Positions 58,056 to 64,000 of a DNA stretch of 64,000 bases are shown piece by piece. Source of the stretch: Bacteroidota bacterium. Lineage in GTDB: Bacteria > Bacteroidota > Bacteroidia > AKYH767-A > OLB10. Under the pieces are notes generated by a model. That model worked only from the letters and a program-made list of their open reading frames with translations. It was not told the origin of the DNA and did not search any database. Numbering within the stretch: position 1 is the stretch's first letter; every line of letters begins with the position of its first letter. A program made the translations under genes and the position numbers. The DNA lies in assembly GCA_023251535.1 (NCBI GenBank), contig JAHEYP010000018.1, forward strand, positions 7,759-71,758, given 5' to 3'.

Positions 58056-59923
58056 TTACAGAGACTGTTGTGGTTTAAACTGTAAGTGTAATTTTGAAGT
58101 GTGGCTTTTAATATTTCTTCTGCTTCTTGCTTCTCTGCCGGATGCGCATTCCCTACGTCTTTCTTTAATTCAAGGTCTTCTTTGAAATTGTAAAATCCTC
58201 TTTCTTTTTCTCCATCAAACATCAAAATGTAATCTTTGTAAATGATCCTGTATAAATCATTGGCATACATGGTAGCATGCGGTGCACGATCGTTGCGCAA
58301 TAAACTTCGTCCGAAGGTTTTGATTTTTCCTTTGTAACCTGTTAAGTCGAGTAGTGTAGGTATAATGTCCACATGTTGTGCGATCACATCGTTCTGCCCT
58401 CTTAAACTGCTGTCTCCTCTAAATAAAATAATAGGTACTGCATATCTTCCTACAGCATTACTGTATTTCGGCGGATGTACATTGTATCCGAAGGTGTGAT
58501 CGCCTGTAATTATAAAAAGTGTGTTTTTGTACCATGGTTGCTTTGATGCAATCTCGAAGAATTTTCCTAGTGAATAATCTGCGTAGCCTACACTTTCATG
58601 TATCTCTTGTGTCCCTTTCGGGAATTTTCCTTTGAATTCGTCAGGTACCATAAACGGATGATGTGAACTGATGCTGAAGAATGCATCGCAAAATGGAGTC
58701 TTTTGCTTTCCTAATTCTTCTGCAAAGTAGGGGAAGAATTTGTCGTCGTATATTCCCCAATGTCCATCGAAATATTCATCTTTATTGAATTCGTTTTTCC
58801 CATAATAGTTGTCGAACCCAGCATTTCGACTAAATGAATCGAACCTGAATTCTCCATTTAATCCCCCATGAAAGAATGCAGTTGAATATCCCATTCCTTT
58901 CATCTTTGTTCCCATGCCTTCAACGCAATTTGAGCTGTATCCCGAATACATGAATGCGTCGTCCATTAACGATGGTAATCCCCCGAAAATCGCGCAGATC
59001 GATTTATTTGATCGCTCTGCATTAGCATACGCATTCGTAAAAACATAACTGTTGGCAACAAGTTTATCTAGAAATGGCGTATAGCCATTACCGTTATTAA
59101 GTGCCCCTATGTATTCTCTCGCCATGCTCTCCATCACGATGATTACTACATTGGGATGTGTTGTCGATTCAGAATTGATGCTATAGATGTTGCTGTGCTT
59201 TGACTGCATTTCTGCTTCAGAAAAATATTTGCGGTCTTCTATGCTTCTTTTTTGTGTGGAGAAGATAAATGTAAATGCTGAGTTGGTTACTAATGGCGAT
59301 AATGCGGGATTTACTTTGTCCGCTGAATTCGCAGGACTAATTCCTTGATATTGTATTCCGCCTCTTATGCCAATAAATGATAATCCTACAAAGAGAATTA
59401 ATGCAAGACTCCAATAAAATAGTTTGAACTTTGTTTCTTGATTGCTTTCAGTTTTTTTGTAGAGTTTTATTAAAAGATATATCGATGCTAACCAAATAAT
59501 TGTTGCATGCCAAAAATCGATAATCAATGAAATTGCATTCTTCGCTCCAGCATCGGCAAGCGCTAATATATCTACAGTTAATCGTTTATTGTTAAAGCCG
59601 TAGTATGCTAAATCTATATTGCAAAGTAATAACATGAAGATATTACTTGTCAGAAATACGATTTTCAATGTTTTTGAATAGACTGGCTTATTCCATACTG
59701 TTGGAACTAAATGCAATAAAATAAAAATACTATTAAAGACAATTACGGTACTAATGTCAAATCGCGCTCCTTGTAGTATAATATTGATAAAATCGCTGGG
59801 AGATGGCGATGGGAAATAATTTGCATTGAATAGCAAGAAAATCCATCTTTGAATGTATAATAGACAAAAGGAAATAAGCAGCCGTTTCAGTAATACTTCA
59901 TACTGTATTTTGACTTCTTTCAT
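58052..59923 (-). CDS. LTA synthase family sulfatase-like membrane hydrolase/transferase
   Basis: About 5 N-terminal TM helices, IRGG motif, NVVIIVMES, SSHHPF, TGDH; start set at MKEVK (59923), downstream of a TATTTTCG -7-like element. Confidence 0.85.
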   Translation of the reverse strand: MKEVKIQYEVLLKRLLISFCLLYIQRWIFLLFNANYFPSPSPSDFINIILQGARFDISTVIVFNSIFILLHLVPTVWNKPVYSKTLKIVFLTSNIFMLLLCNIDLAYYGFNNKRLTVDILALADAGAKNAISLIIDFWHATIIWLASIYLLIKLYKKTESNQETKFKLFYWSLALILFVGLSFIGIRGGIQYQGISPANSADKVNPALSPLVTNSAFTFIFSTQKRSIEDRKYFSEAEMQSKHSNIYSINSESTTHPNVVIIVMESMAREYIGALNNGNGYTPFLDKLVANSYVFTNAYANAERSNKSICAIFGGLPSLMDDAFMYSGYSSNCVEGMGTKMKGMGYSTAFFHGGLNGEFRFDSFSRNAGFDNYYGKNEFNKDEYFDGHWGIYDDKFFPYFAEELGKQKTPFCDAFFSISSHHPFMVPDEFKGKFPKGTQEIHESVGYADYSLGKFFEIASKQPWYKNTLFIITGDHTFGYNVHPPKYSNAVGRYAVPIILFRGDSSLRGQNDVIAQHVDIIPTLLDLTGYKGKIKTFGRSLLRNDRAPHATMYANDLYRIIYKDYILMFDGEKERGFYNFKEDLELKKDVGNAHPAEKQEAEEILKATLQNYTYSLNHNSLCN

Positions 59924-60005
59924 GTGTAGCGGATTTACTGCGAAAATAGAGCAAGTAACTGACAATTTCATGCCTTCTATTAAAGATTTATTTTAATTTC
60001 GTTGC

Positions 60006-61025
60006 ATGGTTAAGATCCTTTCAAATAAGTCGCTTAAATCGTATAATACTTTCGGACTCGATGTTTCTGCTCGCTATTTGGCAGAGGTACATTCGGTGGA
60101 TGATATGAGGAAATTGATTCAATCTCCTGAGTATAAGTTGGGCAACCCTCTTTTTCTCGGTGGTGGTAGCAATGTTCTTTTAACGAAGGATGTTGAGGGG
60201 TTGGTGATAAGAAATTTGTTGAAAGGGATTTCTATTGTTTCAGAGGATGCGAATAACGTTTTTGTAAAAGCAGCATCCGGCGAAGTTTGGCATGAGTTCG
60301 TTTTGTTTTGCATCGAAAAGGGATGGGCTGGAGTCGAGAATTTAAGTCTTATCCCAGGTTCTGTTGGTGCCGGACCAATGCAAAATATAGGTGCTTACGG
60401 TGTTGAGTTAAAGGATGTATTTCATGAACTTGAAGCGCTAAATCTTGATACACTAGAACTTGAAGTGTTTTCTAAAGATCAATGCAAATTCGGTTATCGC
60501 GAAAGCGTTTTTAAACATGAATTGAAGAATAAATATTTTATTTCTTCGGTTACTTTTAAATTGTCTGTTAACGCGACTGTAAATACTTGTTACGGCGCTA
60601 TTAAACAGCAACTTGATTTAATGCATGTTGAAAATCCGGGAATCAAAGAGGTAAGTGATGCAGTTATCGCTATTCGATCTTCGAAATTGCCAAATCCTAA
60701 AGTCTTGGGCAATGCTGGTTCGTTTTTTAAAAATCCCGAGGTGGATGCAAGCTTTTTTAGTGAATTGAAAAGTGCTAATCCGACTATTGTTGGTTATCCA
60801 CTTGATAATGGACAAGTAAAATTAGCAGCAGGTTGGCTTATCGAACAATGCGGTTGGAAAGGTAAGGTGGTAGGTAATTGTGGCTCACATAAGGATCAGG
60901 CCTTGGTTTTGGTGAATTATGGAGGAGCAACAGGTTCCGAAGTCTATGCGCTCGCATTGGCGATTAAATCCTCTGTTTTTGAAAAATTCGGTGTGGAGAT
61001 TAATCCTGAGGTGAATGTGATTTAA
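60006..61025 (+). CDS. murB: UDP-N-acetylmuramate dehydrogenase
   Basis: YNTFG, LGGGSNVL, LSLIPGSVGAGPMQNIGAYGVE, FGYRES, GNAGSFFKNP, PEVN. Confidence 0.97.
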   Translation: MVKILSNKSLKSYNTFGLDVSARYLAEVHSVDDMRKLIQSPEYKLGNPLFLGGGSNVLLTKDVEGLVIRNLLKGISIVSEDANNVFVKAASGEVWHEFVLFCIEKGWAGVENLSLIPGSVGAGPMQNIGAYGVELKDVFHELEALNLDTLELEVFSKDQCKFGYRESVFKHELKNKYFISSVTFKLSVNATVNTCYGAIKQQLDLMHVENPGIKEVSDAVIAIRSSKLPNPKVLGNAGSFFKNPEVDASFFSELKSANPTIVGYPLDNGQVKLAAGWLIEQCGWKGKVVGNCGSHKDQALVLVNYGGATGSEVYALALAIKSSVFEKFGVEINPEVNVI

Positions 61026-61064
61026 TATATTGAATATCAAATTATTACATTTTCTTGATTAACC

Positions 61065-61094
61065 TGCTTTCCAAAAAGAAAGCAACTTTTTTTT
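61065..61094 (+). terminator. Weak terminator after murB
   Basis: tgctttc-caaaaa-gaaagca followed by a T-run. Confidence 0.5.
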
Positions 61095-61114
61095 GTTTTC
61101 AAATGTATGTTCAG

Positions 61115-61139
61115 AACCTTTAAGTTAGGTGTACGTATC
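61115..61139 (+). promoter_or_regulatory. Candidate ECF-sigma promoter AACCT-N13-ACGTATC
   Basis: Same core bases and spacing as the motif upstream of gldK (993-1017). Confidence 0.5.
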
Positions 61140-61186
61140 TAGGGGATATTTTATTCTAAAGCAATTATTCTATTCCCCAATTCTTT

Positions 61187-64000
61187 ATGCGTCCTAGACT
61201 AGTTCTACGTCAAACTCAAAAGCAAAAAATTACCCAAAGAAGAATTTACTATTCTGTTGCCGTTTTATTCCTTGTTTCGTGTTGTTTTGTAGGCCTTCAG
61301 TTTTTTAAAAGTGAAACTGTTATGGCTGTGAATGTAAATACTTGGACCAACAATACTGGTAATGGCAATTGGAATGATGCAGGTAATTGGAGTCGCGCTG
61401 CTGTACCAGGGGTAAATGATGTGGCTACTTTCGATGGGACCAATACTTCGGCTTGTTCTATTAATAATAATATTAATATTGCCGGAATTAATGTTGCTCC
61501 CGGATATTCTGGTGTGATAACTCAAGCAACCGGACGAACAATCACTTTAGGAGCGTCAGGCTATAGTCAATCAGCAGGCTCTTTCATAGGCGGTAATAGC
61601 AATTTTACAATTACATCAGGTGCTTTTAACTTATCCGGTGGTACATTTACTGCTCCTTCATCTACTCTTGCAATTGCTGGAAACTTCGGTTCAAGCGCAA
61701 ATGTATTTGTTCAAACTGGTGGTACATTCAATCATAATAACGGAACTTTTGCATTAAATGCAGCAGTGAATTCATGGTCAGGTGTTACCTACACATTCGA
61801 TGTTTTACCCGCAACAAGATTTAATAATCTAATTTTAAATGCATCTACTTGTTGTAATGTCCCAACAATCACAACTGCATTAGGCGATACAGTACGTTGC
61901 GATAATATGATTACTCATACTGATGGATATATTGGTGGATTATTTGCTTTTTCAGGTAACCTTACTGTCAATTCAGGCGCAGATGGTGGAAATGGTTGGT
62001 TAATTCCTGAGGGTTCTTCTTCTCAGTGTTATATTTCTGCAGGAGCTTATCGTACGTGTGGTATTTATGTAAATAAACCATCTAGTGTATTTCAACCTTA
62101 TAGCGGTACAACTAATTTATCTTGCCAACGTTTTGCTTTAGTGTCGGGTTCATTTACTGCTCCATCCGGAAATTTTAATGTCGGCCGGATCATGGGGTGT
62201 TAACTGTACTTTGTTTTCGCATGTTGCAGGTAGCTACACGCATAATAGCGGTACAATTAATTTTGATCCAACTATCAATAGTTGGTCGGCCAATAATTTT
62301 ACTATCGATAATTTACCTTCAACTGCATTTTACAATATGAGTGTAAATGCAGGTACTTGTTGTAATACTGCAATCATTTCAACCGCATCGGGTGATACTG
62401 TTTCATGTGCAAATAATTTCACACATACCGACGGATTTATCGCAGCTATTATAAAATTCAATGGGAATTTATCTGTTGCTTCTGGTAGCGATGGTGGGAG
62501 TGGATGGTTGGTTGCTGAAGGTTCTTCAAGCCAGACATATTCATCGGCAGGTGCTTATCGCACTTGCGGTTTGTACATAAATAAATCATCAGGAACTATA
62601 TCTCCTTCCGGTGGCACATCCAATCTTTCTGTACAACGCTTTTATTTAAATAGCGGAACTTTCACTGCTCCATCGGGTAATTTTAATATTGGTGGTGGGT
62701 GGAATAATAATCTTGATTTATTGATTCACGCAAATGGAACATTCGTTCATAATAACGGAACGGTTGTAATCGATCCTGCAATCAATGGTTGGTCGGCAAA
62801 TACATTTAATATTGATGTTTTATCGTCTACTCTGTTTTATAATATCACAGTGAATGCTTCAACTTGTTGTAGTCAGAATTATATTACAACAGCCGCAGGT
62901 GATACCGTTCATTGCGAGAATGATTTCGTTCATTCAGATGGTTCTATAAGTGGTGCTTTTAGTTTTAAAAATAATTTAACATTAAACGCTGGAAGCGATG
63001 GTGGCACCGGATGGATAGTTGCCGATGGATCTAGCTCACAGACTTATATTTCTGCTGGCTCTTATCGTACTTGCGGATTAATGATTGATAAATCTTCTGG
63101 TTCACTAACTGCTGCCATAGGAACTACAACTCTTTCTGTGCAACGATTTGCTTTAAATAGTGGAAGCTTCTCGGCTCCTTCTGGAACAATGTATATTGGT
63201 GGTGGATGGAATCAAAATGTAAATTTATTTACTCATGCGGCCGGAACATTTACTAATAGTTCAGGAATAGTATCTTTCGATCCTGCAATCAATGGTTGGT
63301 CTGCATCTACTTTTACAATTGATGTTATTCCTTCAACTTTGTTTTATTCTGTAGAGATAAATGCTTCAACTTGTTGTACCCAAAATGTTATCACAACCGC
63401 TTCAAATGATACTGTTCATGCTGATATGAATTTTACTCATAGCGATGGCTATATTTCTGGAAAATTCGGATTTAAAGGTAATCTTGCAATTAATGTAGGT
63501 GCTGATGGAGGTAATGGATGGTTGATTGCAGAGGGTTCTTCTGCCCAAACGTATTCTTCTGCTGCAAAGTATCGTACATGCGGATTAATGATTAACAAAA
63601 GTGCCGACGCATTAACCCCTGCAATTGGTACTACTACTTTGGCTGTTCAACGTCTCTATGTTGCTGCTGGTAGTTTTACATGTCCTTCGGGCATACTTTA
63701 TTCAGGTGGTGGATGGAATGAAAATATAAACTTATTTACTCAAACAGGTGGAACTTTTTTAAATAATTCGGGAACGGTTTCATTCGATCCTGCAATTAAT
63801 GGTTGGTCTGCTTCTACGTTTACGATTGATGTTAATTCCTCAACGTTGTTTAACAGCATTGAGGTTAATGCATCTACTTGTTGTACTCAAAATGTTATTG
63901 CTACGGCAGTTGGTGATACTGTTCATTCTGATATGGACTTTACTCATACAGATGGATATATTTCCGGCAACTTTGAGTTTAAAGGTAACCTAACAATTAA
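61187..64000 (+). pseudogene. Large secreted repeat protein interrupted by a 1-nt insertion at about 62186 (true pseudogene or sequencing error); continues past the window end
   Basis: The track ORF stops at 62203. Removing one C from tcggccgga restores V-G-G-S-W, matching I-G-G-G-W in later repeats, and that frame is stop-free to 64000 by manual translation. Confidence 0.85.
61646..64000 (+). repeat. Intragenic tandem repeat, 507-bp (169-aa) period, about 4.6 copies visible
   Basis: ACT-TGT-TGT (TCC) at 61847, 62355, 62862, 63369, 63876; spacings 508, 507, 507, 507. Confidence 0.92.

Noticed and set aside
1128..61525. Numerous 60-110 aa ORFs nested in or antisense to the annotated genes
   Set aside because: Shadow ORFs of well-supported genes with no independent coding signal
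61187..62203. 338-aa ORF taken as a complete gene
   Set aside because: The last residues (RIMGC) are out of frame; the repeat continues in the +1 frame to the window end
63799..63993. 64-aa ORF near the right end
   Set aside because: Off-frame shadow inside the 169-aa repeat reading frame

Overview
Bacteroidota (Bacteroidetes) chromosomal window; the taxon is inferred from T9SS/gliding genes and TAnnTTTG promoters. Left to right: (1) core type IX secretion/gliding motor operon porP-gldKLMN; (2) a class II cytochrome c-like lipoprotein and a PAP2 phosphatase; (3) a divergently arranged ~11.5 kb [NiFe]-hydrogenase cluster (hypE-hypC-hypB-hypA <- -> hyaABCD-hypF-FKBP-hypD-UreH-like Ni permease) with the six-Cys signature of O2-tolerant group 1d enzymes; (4) a SprB-repeat adhesin/PorP/PorE-like cassette on the minus strand; (5) crtI-crtB; (6) a complete nuoA-N operon with short NuoG; (7) a second, mirror-image SprB/PorP/PorE-like cassette, then rarA, an LTA-synthase-like sulfatase and murB; (8) a large secreted protein of exact 169-aa (507-bp) Cys-Cys-containing repeats, broken by one extra base at about 62186 and running off the window end. 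Best leads: a hydrogenase maturation set that lacks the usual group 1d chaperones but has a Mip/FkpA-type PPIase coupled to hypF; the 169-aa repeat protein; and an ECF-sigma-like motif (AAC-N16-CG[TA]AT) shared by gldK, one adhesin cassette and the repeat protein. No rRNA, tRNA, CRISPR or intact mobile element was seen. All family calls come from motif recognition; no database searches were run.
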